The notes beneath the pieces were generated by a model, which did no database searches, was not told the DNA's origin, and was given only the letters and a program-made list of their open reading frames with translations. Positions 48,513-60,017 of a stretch of DNA of 64,000 nucleotides are shown one piece after another. The position numbers and the translations under genes were made by a program. Positions within the stretch are counted from its first letter, which is position 1. Every line of letters starts with the position of its first letter. Source of the DNA: Candidatus Moranbacteria bacterium UBA2282 (GTDB taxonomy: Bacteria; Patescibacteriota; Minisyncoccia; Moranbacterales; UBA2206); contig DDWQ01000014.1 of the NCBI GenBank assembly GCA_002345745.1, positions 4,439 to 68,438 of the forward strand, in the 5' to 3' direction.

Positions 48513-48998
48513 ATGGAACTATTAAATAATTTGGGAATCAACGGGAGTCTGCTACTTGCACAACTTATTAATTTTGGAATTTTACTTTTTGTTTTGTATA
48601 AGTTTGCTTTTGGACCAGTTTTAAAAATGCTAGAAGATCGCACAAAAAAGATTGAAAAGGGTTTGAAAGACGCAGAAGCTTCACATAAAAAATTGGCGGA
48701 AATTTCTGAGAAAGAATCAGCTGTTTTGGTGGAAGCAAGAGTTCAGGCACAGGAAATAATCAAAAAAGCGGAAGATATGGCAGTGACTCAAGCTCAATCT
48801 ATTGTACTTACTGCCAGAGAGCAAACTGAAAAAATGTTAGCAGTGGCACAAAAACAAATTGAACAAGAAAAAGAAAAGATTTTGACGGAAGTTAAATTAG
48901 AAGTGGCTGGGTTGGTGGTGATGGCGACGGAAAAAATTATTCACGAAAAATTAGATTCAACAAAAGACAAAGAGTTAATTAGTCAGATTATAAAATAA
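48513..48998 (+). CDS. atpF: F0F1 ATP synthase subunit b
   Basis: N-terminal TM plus long charged helix; operon position. Confidence 0.8.
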   Translation: MELLNNLGINGSLLLAQLINFGILLFVLYKFAFGPVLKMLEDRTKKIEKGLKDAEASHKKLAEISEKESAVLVEARVQAQEIIKKAEDMAVTQAQSIVLTAREQTEKMLAVAQKQIEQEKEKILTEVKLEVAGLVVMATEKIIHEKLDSTKDKELISQIIK

Positions 48999-49399
48999 TG
49001 CGTTTAACAGTTAACCAATATGCGAAAGCTCTATATAGCTCAGTTAAAGACAAATCGCAAGATGAAGTTGATTTGATTGTGGCAAATTTTTTGAATCTTT
49101 TGCAGAAGAATAAACAAACAAGATTAACTAAAAAAATCGTAGAAAAATTTTCGGTTGTTTGGAATGAGGCGAATGGGTTAGTAGAAGCAGAAATTGTGAG
49201 CAGAAAAGAACTTGATGTCGACACGCTGCAAAAAACAAAAGAATTTATAAAGAAAAAATATGCAGCCAAGGAAGTCCTAATAAAAAATATCATTGATGCG
49301 AGTATAAAAGGTGGAATCATTATTCGAGTAGGGGATGAGTTGATGGATGCAAGCATAGAAAGAAAGCTACGAGAGTTGAGAAATAGTTTGGTTACTTAA
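48998..49399 (+). CDS. atpH: F0F1 ATP synthase subunit delta (short, 133 aa)
   Basis: OSCP-like N-terminus (YAKALY); operon position. Confidence 0.7.
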   Translation: MRLTVNQYAKALYSSVKDKSQDEVDLIVANFLNLLQKNKQTRLTKKIVEKFSVVWNEANGLVEAEIVSRKELDVDTLQKTKEFIKKKYAAKEVLIKNIIDASIKGGIIIRVGDELMDASIERKLRELRNSLVT

Positions 49400-49442
49400 T
49401 TTTTTTTAATAATACAAAATTAAACCATATAATATATATTTT

Positions 49443-50948
49443 ATGAGCAAGGATTACATTATTGAGCAACTGAAGAAACAAATAGAGAATTTTCAAACAA
49501 CGACGCAAACTGAAAAGATCGGTACCGTGGTTGAAGTTGGAGATGGCGTCGCAAAAATTTCTGGCTTGTCTGATGCTATGGCCAGCGAAATGCTTGAATT
49601 TCCCGGTGGCGTCTATGGCGTGGCTTTGAATTTGGAAGAAGACAGTATCGGGGCAATGATTTTAGGTGATTACACTGGAATCAAAGAAGGTGACATCGTG
49701 AAGTCAACCGGTAAAATTTTGTCGGTGCCAGTCGGCGAGATGATGATTGGTCGCGTAGTTAATCCATTGGGAGTGGCTATTGATGGCAAAGGCGAAATAA
49801 AATCAGAAATATTCTATCCAGTAGAAAAAATTGCATCAGGCGTTATCACAAGAAAATCTGTGAGTGTCCCCGTGCAAACTGGAATAAAAGCGATTGATGC
49901 AGTCATTCCCGTAGGTCGCGGACAACGTGAACTGATAATTGGTGATAGACAGACTGGAAAAACAGCAGTGGCAATTGATACAATCATTAACCAAAAAGGA
50001 CAAGATTTGATTTGTATCTATGTTGCAATTGGACAGAAAGAATCCAAAATTGCCCGTATAGTAGCAGAATTGGAAAAGCGTGGTGCGATGGAATATACTA
50101 TTATGGTTGTGGCTGGGGCGTCTGATCCAGCTTCTTTGTCATTTATTTCTCCCTATGCAGGGTGTGCTATGGGTGAATATTTTCTCGACAAAGGACAAGA
50201 TGTTTTGATAATTTATGATGATTTAAGTAAGCACGCTTGGGCTTATCGTCAGATATCTTTGATTTTGCGTCGTCCACCAGGACGAGAAGCATACCCAGGA
50301 GATATTTTTTATCTGCATTCCCGTCTTTTGGAAAGATCAGCACGATTGAATGAAGATTACGGCGGTGGTTCAATTACAGCTTTACCAATAATTGAAACAC
50401 AAGCAGGTGATGTGTCAGCCTACATTCCGACTAATGTAATTTCGATTACGGATGGTCAAATCTATTTGGAAACAGAACTTTTCTATAAAGGAATTCGTCC
50501 AGCATTGAACGTGGGACTTTCAGTTTCTCGTGTAGGATCAGCTGCACAAACCAAGGCTATGAAAAAAGTTGCTGGAAAGTTGCGACTGGATTTGGCGCAA
50601 TTTAGAGAACTAGAAGCTTTCGCACAGTTCGGATCTGATTTAGATGAAAACACTCGAAAACAAATTGAGCGCGGACGCCGAACGGTTGAAATTTTGAAGC
50701 AAGATCAATACGAACCGATGGCGATGGAAAATCAAGTAGCAATTTTGTATGCGCTGACAAATGGTTTCATCGATGATGTGGAAATGGAAAAGGTCAAAAG
50801 TTGGGAGAATGATTTCCAGAAATATTTGAAATCAAGCAAAAAAGACGTGTTGGATTTGATTGCACAGAAGAAAGAGCTGTCTGATGATGTAGTAGTGGAG
50901 TTGGAAAAGGCGATTAAAGAGTTTAAAGAAATTTATCAAAATGAGTAG
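49443..50948 (+). CDS. atpA: F0F1 ATP synthase subunit alpha
   Basis: [19 protein letters not shown]-loop; 501 aa. Confidence 0.95.
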   Translation: MSKDYIIEQLKKQIENFQTTTQTEKIGTVVEVGDGVAKISGLSDAMASEMLEFPGGVYGVALNLEEDSIGAMILGDYTGIKEGDIVKSTGKILSVPVGEMMIGRVVNPLGVAIDGKGEIKSEIFYPVEKIASGVITRKSVSVPVQTGIKAIDAVIPVGRGQRELIIGDRQTGKTAVAIDTIINQKGQDLICIYVAIGQKESKIARIVAELEKRGAMEYTIMVVAGASDPASLSFISPYAGCAMGEYFLDKGQDVLIIYDDLSKHAWAYRQISLILRRPPGREAYPGDIFYLHSRLLERSARLNEDYGGGSITALPIIETQAGDVSAYIPTNVISITDGQIYLETELFYKGIRPALNVGLSVSRVGSAAQTKAMKKVAGKLRLDLAQFRELEAFAQFGSDLDENTRKQIERGRRTVEILKQDQYEPMAMENQVAILYALTNGFIDDVEMEKVKSWENDFQKYLKSSKKDVLDLIAQKKELSDDVVVELEKAIKEFKEIYQNE

Positions 50949-51006
50949 TAGCGTTAGTAAAAATTTTTATTTTTACGAAACTTAACTCGAACCACAAATT
51001 TTATAA

Positions 51007-51049
51007 CTGAAATTTTTCCTCAATCAACACGCCCATAGAAAAATTTCAG
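51007..51049 (+). promoter_or_regulatory. 12-bp inverted repeat CTGAAATTTTTC/GAAAAATTTCAG in the unusually long atpA-atpG spacer
   Basis: Arms 51007-51018 and 51038-51049; the spacer is 173 bp. Confidence 0.4.
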
Positions 51050-51121
51050 ATAAAATTTGGTTTCTCAAACAGAACTTTCTTAAAATAAAATTTTTTACTA
51101 ACACTGCATAAAATAAATTTT

Positions 51122-52075
51122 ATGGCATCAACACGAGACATCAGACGACGGATAAAATCAGTCGGCAATACGCAAAAAATTACTCGAGCGATGGAGATGG
51201 TTTCGGCTGCGAAAATGAGAAAATCGGTGGTGAGTGTTTTAGCAATCCGACCATATGCTCACGCCGCGTGGAGCGTTTTGACCAATCTTTCGCGCGCATT
51301 TGAATCAAATCGAGAAGGTCTTTTGGAAGTGCGGGAAGTGAATCGAGTGCTGGCGATTGCCATAACTTCCAACAAAGGATTATGCGGAGCTTTTAACGCT
51401 CAACTTATTAAAAAAATAAAAGAAGAAATTGCTCATCCAGAAAGACTAAGCATTAATAGGGTTGGCAAAGAAAAAATAGAATCTAAAACGAAAAATATTG
51501 AAATTGATTTTATTACTATTGGTAAGAAATGTGAGGGAGTTGTGCGAAAAGCTGAAAAAGATATCATTGCTTCCTTTAATGACCTGACTTATTTACCTAA
51601 AATTGATGATGTGCGGGCTGTGGGAAAGATTGTTCGTGATGATTATTTGGCAAAAAAATATGACAAAGTAGTTGTTTTCTATACCGATTATGTTTCAGCG
51701 ATGAGCCAACAAGCAAAAGTTAGACAGATTTTGCCGATATCCAAAATAGATTTGGAAAAGCAAATTGCGGAAATGGATGTGTTGGCAGCGGAATATGGCT
51801 TGAACGCACCAGTGAGTGAATATAAGATTGAACCAAATCCAGATGCAGTTTTGGAATATATTATTCCACGCCTCATTGATATGCAAATCTACCATGCAAT
51901 TTTGGAATCAAATGCAGCGAAAGAATCAGCGAGAATGATGGCGATGCGCGGGGCGACAGATGCAGCCGGGGAAATGCGAGACGATTTGACGTTTGTATAT
52001 AATCAGATTAGACAGATGAAGATTACGCAAGAGATTGCGGAGATTTCAGCGGGGAGAGCTGCGCTTGAAAATTAA
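51122..52075 (+). CDS. atpG: F0F1 ATP synthase subunit gamma
   Basis: MASTRDIRRRIKSVGNTQKITRAMEMVSAAKMR; C-terminal helix. Confidence 0.9.
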   Translation: MASTRDIRRRIKSVGNTQKITRAMEMVSAAKMRKSVVSVLAIRPYAHAAWSVLTNLSRAFESNREGLLEVREVNRVLAIAITSNKGLCGAFNAQLIKKIKEEIAHPERLSINRVGKEKIESKTKNIEIDFITIGKKCEGVVRKAEKDIIASFNDLTYLPKIDDVRAVGKIVRDDYLAKKYDKVVVFYTDYVSAMSQQAKVRQILPISKIDLEKQIAEMDVLAAEYGLNAPVSEYKIEPNPDAVLEYIIPRLIDMQIYHAILESNAAKESARMMAMRGATDAAGEMRDDLTFVYNQIRQMKITQEIAEISAGRAALEN

Positions 52076-52080
52076 TCACT

Positions 52081-52169
52081 CTACAAAATTACGAATAAGT
52101 ACAAAAATACAAAAATCCCAATTGGATTTTGTAATTTCGTACTTTTGTAAATATTTGTAAGTTTGTAGG
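52081..52169. repeat. TACAAAA/TTTTGTA heptamer palindromic array in the atpG-atpD spacer
   Basis: CTACAAAATTACGAATAAGTACAAAAATACAAAAATCCCAATTGGATTTTGTAATTTCGTACTTTTGTAAATATTTGTAAGTTTGTAGG. Roughly symmetric about CCAATTGG. Confidence 0.6.
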
Positions 52170-52186
52170 ATAAATAATTAAATTAA

Positions 52187-53575
<1,389 letters not shown>

Positions 53576-53587
53576 TATATAAATTTT

Positions 53588-54043
53588 TTGATGAATTTTA
53601 TGTCAGAAACTAAAATTAAGTTCAAGATTATTACACCAGAAAAAACTGTTTTCGAAGCAGAAGTTTTGCAAGTGACGCTACCAGTAACAGATGGTGAAAT
53701 TACAATTATGCCAAATCATAGATCATACATTGCATCGCTTAAGGCTGGAGAAATTTGTTTGAAAGCTGACAGTGGGGACATTTGCCTGGTTGTTTCCGGG
53801 GGCTTTATCGAATTTAATAAAAATAATCTAATAGTTTTAGCGGACACAGCTGAACGTGCGGAAGAAATCGATTTAGCCAGAGCGGAAGAAGCGCGAGCAC
53901 GAGCAGAAAAATTGAAGAAAGAAAAGATTGAAATGGATGACGGCGAATATGCGCAAGTGGCTGCTGCTATCGCCAAGGAAATGGCACGAATTCGTGTGGC
54001 TAAAAAACATTATACTAGACGTGGCATTAGACCTGCTGCATAA
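53588..54043 (+). CDS. atpC: F0F1 ATP synthase subunit epsilon
   Basis: Beta-sandwich N-terminus (LQVTLPVTDGEITIMPNH) plus C-terminal helices; alternative start at 53600. Confidence 0.85.
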   Translation: MMNFMSETKIKFKIITPEKTVFEAEVLQVTLPVTDGEITIMPNHRSYIASLKAGEICLKADSGDICLVVSGGFIEFNKNNLIVLADTAERAEEIDLARAEEARARAEKLKKEKIEMDDGEYAQVAAAIAKEMARIRVAKKHYTRRGIRPAA

Positions 54044-54067
54044 TAGACTTGTTAAGCAACAAGTCTA
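54044..54067. repeat. TAGACTTGTT-aagc-AACAAGTCTA perfect palindromic hairpin immediately after the atpC stop
   Basis: 10-bp stem and 4-nt loop read directly. Same motif family as 38370-38393/38508-38531 and 58174-58197. Confidence 0.65.
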
Positions 54068-54096
54068 AACTTATTGCTGTAATCTGCATTGAAAAA

Positions 54097-54122
54097 CCAG
54101 ACTTGTGAGTCTGGTTTTTTTT
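54097..54122 (+). terminator. intrinsic terminator of the atp operon
   Basis: CCAGACT-tgtg-AGTCTGG then TTTTTTTT. Confidence 0.7.
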
Positions 54123-54171
54123 CTGTGTTTTTGATGGTATAATAAAAAATATAAATAGTAATGTAAAATAA

Positions 54172-55086
54172 ATGGACAAAACTAAAAAAATAATTGGAAT
54201 TTCTATTATTGTAATAGTCATATCAGCGATAATTCTGATAGTTTTAGAAATATCTAATGACAGAATGATGATTAATAATGCTGGAAATGGCTTATCGGAA
54301 AGTAGTATGCTAAGCGATATGGTGGGTTTCACAAACGAATCGAAGATGGTAAATTCTGCCGTAAGTCCAAGAATGACTGACACGGTGATAACACCGGAAG
54401 TTTCTGATAATAAAATTATAAAAACTGGCAGCTTGAATTTGAAAGTTAGTAGCGCCGATAGTGCAGCTGAAAAAATTGCGCAGATTGCAATCGACAATGG
54501 TGGAGAAGTTTTTTCATCTAATTTTTCTCAATCTAGTAAAAATATAAAAAGTGGATCGATTAGAATTAAAGTGCCAGTGAATAATTTTGAAAAAACATTT
54601 GCTGAGATGAAAACTGTTGCGACACTTGTGATGCGTGAATCAACTTCAGGGACGGATGTGACAATGGAGTATGTTGATTTGCAAATTCAAATTAAAAACA
54701 AACAAGCAGAAGAACAGTCATTTGTGAATATCTTGGATAGAGCAGGGAAGATTGAAGATGTTTTAGCGGTTACTCGAGAAATTTCCAGAGTTAGAAGCGA
54801 GATTGAAAGTTTGCAAGGTCGAATAAAATTTCTAGAGTCACAAACAGACAAATCAAGCATTGATGTCTTTTTAATAGAGGATGAAAATATCACATTTACT
54901 GACTCATGGCGTCCTTGGCAAGTAGTCAAAGAAACTTTTAATGCATTGTTAAAGGATATTCAAAATTGCATAAATTTCGCTATTGTATTAGTTTTTAGAA
55001 TTATTCCAACGGTTATTCTTTATATCCTAATTTTCGGGTTACTATATTGGCTTGGTAAAAAAATATATTTTAAAATAAAAAATTAG
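54172..55086 (+). CDS. membrane-anchored hypothetical protein (DUF4349-like architecture: N-terminal TM, extracytoplasmic domain, coiled-coil, C-terminal TM)
   Basis: Topology and coiled-coil region (RSEIESLQGRIKFLESQ); family assignment is tentative. Confidence 0.4.
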   Translation: MDKTKKIIGISIIVIVISAIILIVLEISNDRMMINNAGNGLSESSMLSDMVGFTNESKMVNSAVSPRMTDTVITPEVSDNKIIKTGSLNLKVSSADSAAEKIAQIAIDNGGEVFSSNFSQSSKNIKSGSIRIKVPVNNFEKTFAEMKTVATLVMRESTSGTDVTMEYVDLQIQIKNKQAEEQSFVNILDRAGKIEDVLAVTREISRVRSEIESLQGRIKFLESQTDKSSIDVFLIEDENITFTDSWRPWQVVKETFNALLKDIQNCINFAIVLVFRIIPTVILYILIFGLLYWLGKKIYFKIKN

Positions 55087-55228
55087 TCTTAATCGCTAGT
55101 CTTTTACAAAACAGTCTGCCACGGCGGGCTGTTTTGGTTTAGTAGGAGCGGGGAGTTGAAAAAAAAGCTAAAATGAGCTAGAATCAAGGAGCAATGCAAG
55201 AGCAGGCTTAATTGGGTTTAAAAATGCT

Positions 55229-58165
55229 ATGGAAAATTACAATCCCAAGGAAATTGAGGTAAAATGGCAGAAAAAATGGCTTGAACAAGCCTCAGAAAAA
55301 ATTGACAAGGATGATACTAAGAAAAAATACTATATTTTGGATATGTTTCCATACCCATCTGGAACAGGCTTGCATATGGGGCATACAGAGAGCTATACAG
55401 CTAGCGATGTTTTCTATCGTTTTAAAAAGATGCAAGGTTTTAATGTCTTACATCCACAAGGCTTTGACTCATTTGGTTTGCCGGCGGAAAACTATGCTAT
55501 CAAAACAGGTATTCCTCCAACTGAAACCACTAGAGAAAATATAGATAATTATATTCGCCAGATGAAATCTTTGGGTTTCAACTATGATTTTTCGGAGCAA
55601 GCTGTTACAAGCGATCCAGAATATTACAAATGGACACAATGGATTTTCACAGAGTTCTATAAAAACGGATTAGTATATAAAAAAACTCAAAAAACCAACT
55701 GGTGTTCTTCTTGTCAAACGGTTATTGCTAATGAACAAGTAGTTGAAAATAAATGTGAACGATGCGGAACGGAAATTGAGCAAAAAGAAGTTCCAACGTG
55801 GTTTTTCAAAATCACAGATTTCGCTGAAGAATTGATTGCCGACTTGGATAATGTTGATTGGCCGGAACATACTAAAAAAAATCAACGAAATTGGATTGGG
55901 AAAAGTGAAGGAGCAAGCGTAAAATTCCAAATTGAGGTCAAAGGCTCTAAGAGCCCAATTGGGCTCTTAGAGCCTAACGTTGTCGAGGTATTTACTACGA
56001 GAGTAGATACTATATTTGGTGTAACATATTTAGTTGTTGCTCCAGAGCATGAAATAATTTCAAATTTAAAATCTAAAATCTCAAATTTTGATAAGGTTTC
56101 CGAGTATATTGAAAAATCAAAAAACAAAACTGAGTTGGATAGAATGGAAGCCAAGGAAAAAACAGGTGTAGAATTGGAAGGCATCAAAGCGGTCAATCCA
56201 TTTAATGGTGAGGAAGCGCCGGTTTTTGTGGCTGACTATGTCTTGGGAAATTATGGCACCGGCGCCGTGATGGCTGTGCCGGCGCATGATGAAAGGGATT
56301 TTGAGTTTGCGAAAAAATATGAATTGCCAGTCAAGCAATCAATCACGCCAAATATTAAAAATTATCAAACAACAATTAAAGTTCTTGATATTTTAAAAAG
56401 TATTAACGAAGTAGCACAAGAAAGAAATGTCAAGATTTGGTTAACTGGAGGATTATCTATTCCATTTTATTCTAGCGTTATTTACAGAGCACATTCAGAT
56501 TTAGACTTAATCGCTAAAGATGAAAATGACTTTAAGATGGCAATTCATATTTTTGAAGATTTAGGTTTTGAAAAAGTAAGAGAGAAAAAACTATCAGAGA
56601 GTCTAACTAATTTTATTTACAAGAAGGATGATATTGAAATTGATATTGGTCCAAATAAATCAGAATTTGATTTAAGGGATGATGATTTTGAGGAAGACTT
56701 AAAGAGTTATTCTAATTTTTCAGCTTTAACCCTAAGTAAACGGTTTATCAGGAGCGTAAAAGAGGTTCAGTTGAAGAATAGAAATGAAGATAAGGACAAA
56801 ATGGATCAGGAATATTTGGATGGTAAAATCTTGACTGACGATGGTGTTTTAGTTAATTCTGCTGAATTTACTAGTTTAACTTCAGAACAAGCGCGGGAAA
56901 AAATGACGGAGTGGTTGGAAGAAAAAGGCTTGGGCAAAAAAGTTGTGAATTATCGCTTACGCGATTGGTCAATTTCACGGCAAAGATATTGGGGTTGTCC
57001 GATTCCAATTGTATATTCACCAGATGGTGAGCCACATTTAGTTTCTGAGCAACATTTACCATGGATTCTGCCCACGGATGTGGATTTTGTGCCCACAGGT
57101 GTTTCACCGTTGGCCAAATCAGAAGAATTGAAAAAAAGAACGGAAGAAATTTTCGGAAAGGGCTGGACTGCAGAATATGACACGATGGACACCTTTGTGG
57201 ATTCGTCTTGGTATTTCTTGAGATATCCGGATGTGCATAATACGGAAGAATTCTGCTGTTCAAAAAGAAAAGAATGGTTGCCAGTGGATATGTACATCGG
57301 AGGTGCTGAACACACCTATATGCATTTGCTGTATGCCAGATTTTTCGTGAAAGCCCTGCATAAAATTGGACATTTGAATTTTTCAGAACCATTTTTAAAA
57401 CTTCGTCATCAAGGTATGGTCTTGGATAAGGATGGCAAGAAAATGTCCAAATCCAAAGGTAATGTGATTAACCCGGATGATATGGTGAAAAGATTCGGCG
57501 CGGACGCAGTTAGGACATATATGCTATTTGTGGCACCACTTGAAGATGCGGTGATGTGGAATGAAGAAAACATAGTGGGCGTGCGAAGATTTTTGGATCG
57601 AGTTTGGAATTTGTATGTGGATTTTTTAAATAATTTTGACAGTCAAAGAAATGTTACACATAGAGAATCCGATATACAATTAGCAAAAACTATAAAAATA
57701 GTAACAGATGATCTAGATAATTTTAAATTTAATACAGCTGTGGCATCGATGATGAAATTTGTTAATTATCTGTATGGGAGAAAAAACAAGGATGGAGAAT
57801 TAGGAGTTGTAAATATAGAAATAGCATTTGCTTTCTTAAAATTATTACATCCATTTGCTCCTCATATGACTTCGGAATTGTTTGTTAAAGTGCAAGAACG
57901 CGACGATAGCTTAAGCGGTAAAAATAATATTTTAAATGAAGACTGGCCAGAACCAAAAAAAGAGCTTTTAATTGATGAAAAAATAAATTTAGTTATTCAG
58001 GTCAACGGTAAAGTGCGCGATATGCTGGAGGTTGATGCAGAAATTACCGAGGATGATGCAAAAAAAGTTGCCATGGAAAGTGAAAAAATAAAAAATCACA
58101 TTAGCGGAAAAGAAATTAAAAAAATTATTTATGTCAAAAATAAACTCGTGAGCATTGTAACTTAA
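55229..58165 (+). CDS. leuS: leucine--tRNA ligase (with ~150-aa lineage-specific insertion after the CP1 editing domain)
   Basis: HMGH (HIGH) motif; ZN1 Cys pairs; AVMAVPAHDERDFEFA; YRLRDWSISRQRYWG; KMSKS; 978 aa. Confidence 0.9.
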   Translation: MENYNPKEIEVKWQKKWLEQASEKIDKDDTKKKYYILDMFPYPSGTGLHMGHTESYTASDVFYRFKKMQGFNVLHPQGFDSFGLPAENYAIKTGIPPTETTRENIDNYIRQMKSLGFNYDFSEQAVTSDPEYYKWTQWIFTEFYKNGLVYKKTQKTNWCSSCQTVIANEQVVENKCERCGTEIEQKEVPTWFFKITDFAEELIADLDNVDWPEHTKKNQRNWIGKSEGASVKFQIEVKGSKSPIGLLEPNVVEVFTTRVDTIFGVTYLVVAPEHEIISNLKSKISNFDKVSEYIEKSKNKTELDRMEAKEKTGVELEGIKAVNPFNGEEAPVFVADYVLGNYGTGAVMAVPAHDERDFEFAKKYELPVKQSITPNIKNYQTTIKVLDILKSINEVAQERNVKIWLTGGLSIPFYSSVIYRAHSDLDLIAKDENDFKMAIHIFEDLGFEKVREKKLSESLTNFIYKKDDIEIDIGPNKSEFDLRDDDFEEDLKSYSNFSALTLSKRFIRSVKEVQLKNRNEDKDKMDQEYLDGKILTDDGVLVNSAEFTSLTSEQAREKMTEWLEEKGLGKKVVNYRLRDWSISRQRYWGCPIPIVYSPDGEPHLVSEQHLPWILPTDVDFVPTGVSPLAKSEELKKRTEEIFGKGWTAEYDTMDTFVDSSWYFLRYPDVHNTEEFCCSKRKEWLPVDMYIGGAEHTYMHLLYARFFVKALHKIGHLNFSEPFLKLRHQGMVLDKDGKKMSKSKGNVINPDDMVKRFGADAVRTYMLFVAPLEDAVMWNEENIVGVRRFLDRVWNLYVDFLNNFDSQRNVTHRESDIQLAKTIKIVTDDLDNFKFNTAVASMMKFVNYLYGRKNKDGELGVVNIEIAFAFLKLLHPFAPHMTSELFVKVQERDDSLSGKNNILNEDWPEPKKELLIDEKINLVIQVNGKVRDMLEVDAEITEDDAKKVAMESEKIKNHISGKEIKKIIYVKNKLVSIVT

Positions 58166-58173
58166 TTTCTTAA

Positions 58174-58197
58174 TAGACTTATTATGCAATAAGTCTA
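58174..58197. repeat. TAGACTTATT-atgc-AATAAGTCTA palindromic hairpin between the leuS stop and the next ATG
   Basis: Ends 1 nt before the ATG at 58198 and lies just after a TAA-TAG double stop context. Confidence 0.65.
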
Positions 58198-58974
58198 ATG
58201 ATAAAAAATATGCAAGTAGTAATTTTAGCAGCTGGAAGAGGGAAGAGAATGCAAGATCTAACCAAAGGAATGTCAAAGTCGATGTTGAAAATCAAAGGCA
58301 AACCGATTTTGGAACATAAAATTAATATGTTGCCGAAGGAAATCACGGAAATTGTTTTTGTGATTGGTTACTATGGCGAGCATATTATGAGTCACTTCAA
58401 AAGATATTTTAATGGTCGGAAAATTACCTATGTTTTCCAGACAAATTTGAATGGCACAGGTGGTGCACTATTTTTAGCTAAAAGTATTTTGAAAGATAAA
58501 TTTTTAGTGATGATGGGAGATGACCTCTATCACAAAAAAGATTTAAAAAAAATGCTTAAGCATGACTTGGCTATATTGGGGCGTGAAGTAGTAGACATAA
58601 GCAAATTTGGCATCATCAAAACCAATGGTAAAGGCCATATGATTGAAATTGTTGAGAAGCCAAAAAAATCAAAAGATAAATTAGCTAATACTGGCGTCTA
58701 TATTTTGAATAAAAAAATCTTCGATTATGATCTAGTACCGATTGGCGGGGGTGAATTTGGTTTGCCACAAACGATGGCTAAAATGGCCAAAGATTATCCA
58801 ATTAAAGTTGAAACAGCAACTATCTGGCATGCTATTGGTAATCCGGATGACTTGGCAAAAGCAGAAAAAATTATTCATAAATTTGAGGAAAAGCAAAAAA
58901 CAGTGAAAGCTGTAAAAACTACAGAAATTGTAAAGAATGTAAAAATTAAAAAAACTAAAAAACACAAGGAATAG
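58198..58974 (+). CDS. sugar-phosphate nucleotidyltransferase (NTP_transferase fold) with Lys-rich C-terminal tail
   Basis: MQVVILAAGRGKRM G-rich loop; 258 aa. Confidence 0.7.
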   Translation: MIKNMQVVILAAGRGKRMQDLTKGMSKSMLKIKGKPILEHKINMLPKEITEIVFVIGYYGEHIMSHFKRYFNGRKITYVFQTNLNGTGGALFLAKSILKDKFLVMMGDDLYHKKDLKKMLKHDLAILGREVVDISKFGIIKTNGKGHMIEIVEKPKKSKDKLANTGVYILNKKIFDYDLVPIGGGEFGLPQTMAKMAKDYPIKVETATIWHAIGNPDDLAKAEKIIHKFEEKQKTVKAVKTTEIVKNVKIKKTKKHKE

Positions 58975-58984
58975 AAAATATTTT

Positions 58985-60013
58985 ATGAAAAATAAAAATA
59001 TTGTCACAATCGGCGGTGGAACAGGTAGCTTTACATTGCTTTCAGGACTAAAAAAATATCCTGTAAATATCTCTGCCATTGTTTCTATGGCAGATGACGG
59101 TGGCTCAACTGGTGTCTTGCGTGATGAGCTTGGAGTTTTGCCACCAGGAGATGTAAGGCAATGTTTAGTGGCTCTCAGTGATTCTTCTGATATATTACGT
59201 AAGCTAATGAATTATCGTTTTGAAAAGGGTGGTCTTTCTGGGCATAATTTTGGCAATCTTTTATTATCGGCGCTAGAAAAAATTACTGGAAATTTTTCTT
59301 CAGGCGTAGAGGAGGCGGCTAAAATTTTGAATGTCAAAGGCGAAGTAATCCCAGTTACTAATGATAATATGCGATTGGCGATAAAACTGAAAAACGGCAA
59401 GATTATTTTAGGTGAAAAAGAGTTGGATCATAATAAGGAAATTCAGAATATTGGTATAGAAAAAATAAATCTAGAATCAAAAGTTGCGGCCTATTCACGC
59501 GCGTTAGAAAGAATAAAAAAAGCTAAATTTATAATCATTGGCCCGGGCGACTTGTATGGTTCAATTTTACCAAATCTTTTAGTGTCGGGAATTTCTGAAG
59601 CTATTAAAAATTCCAAAGCGAAAGTTATTTATAATTGCAACTTAACTAATAAAAAAGGGCAGACTTCTGATTTTGCGATTGATGATTATGTCAGTATAAT
59701 AAATAAATATATTGGCAAGGACAGAATTGATTTTGTAACTTTTAATAATAAAAAACCAGCCAAAGAACTTATTGTAAAATATGAAAAAATTGAGGGCAAA
59801 GGAATTATTGTCTCTTTTGATAAAAATAAGACAAGACGCTACAAAATAATCCAAGCTGATTTATTGCACAGAATAAAAATAAAATTTGATGATAATGATG
59901 CAATTTCAACCACTCGCTCATTTATTAGGCATGATAGCGAGCGGTTGGCAAAACTCATAATAATGATTCTAGAACTTGGCGAATATGAAAATATAATCAA
60001 GGAAATAATATAG
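58985..60013 (+). CDS. yvcK: YvcK/CofD-like (UPF0052) gluconeogenesis factor family protein
   Basis: IVTIGGGTGSFTLLSGLK; SMADDGGSTGVLR. Confidence 0.8.
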   Translation: MKNKNIVTIGGGTGSFTLLSGLKKYPVNISAIVSMADDGGSTGVLRDELGVLPPGDVRQCLVALSDSSDILRKLMNYRFEKGGLSGHNFGNLLLSALEKITGNFSSGVEEAAKILNVKGEVIPVTNDNMRLAIKLKNGKIILGEKELDHNKEIQNIGIEKINLESKVAAYSRALERIKKAKFIIIGPGDLYGSILPNLLVSGISEAIKNSKAKVIYNCNLTNKKGQTSDFAIDDYVSIINKYIGKDRIDFVTFNNKKPAKELIVKYEKIEGKGIIVSFDKNKTRRYKIIQADLLHRIKIKFDDNDAISTTRSFIRHDSERLAKLIIMILELGEYENIIKEII

Positions 60014-60017
60014 CAAG

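Noticed and set aside
56871-57392. 173-aa and 121-aa minus-strand ORFs inside leuS
   Set aside because: Antisense to the well-supported LeuS catalytic core.
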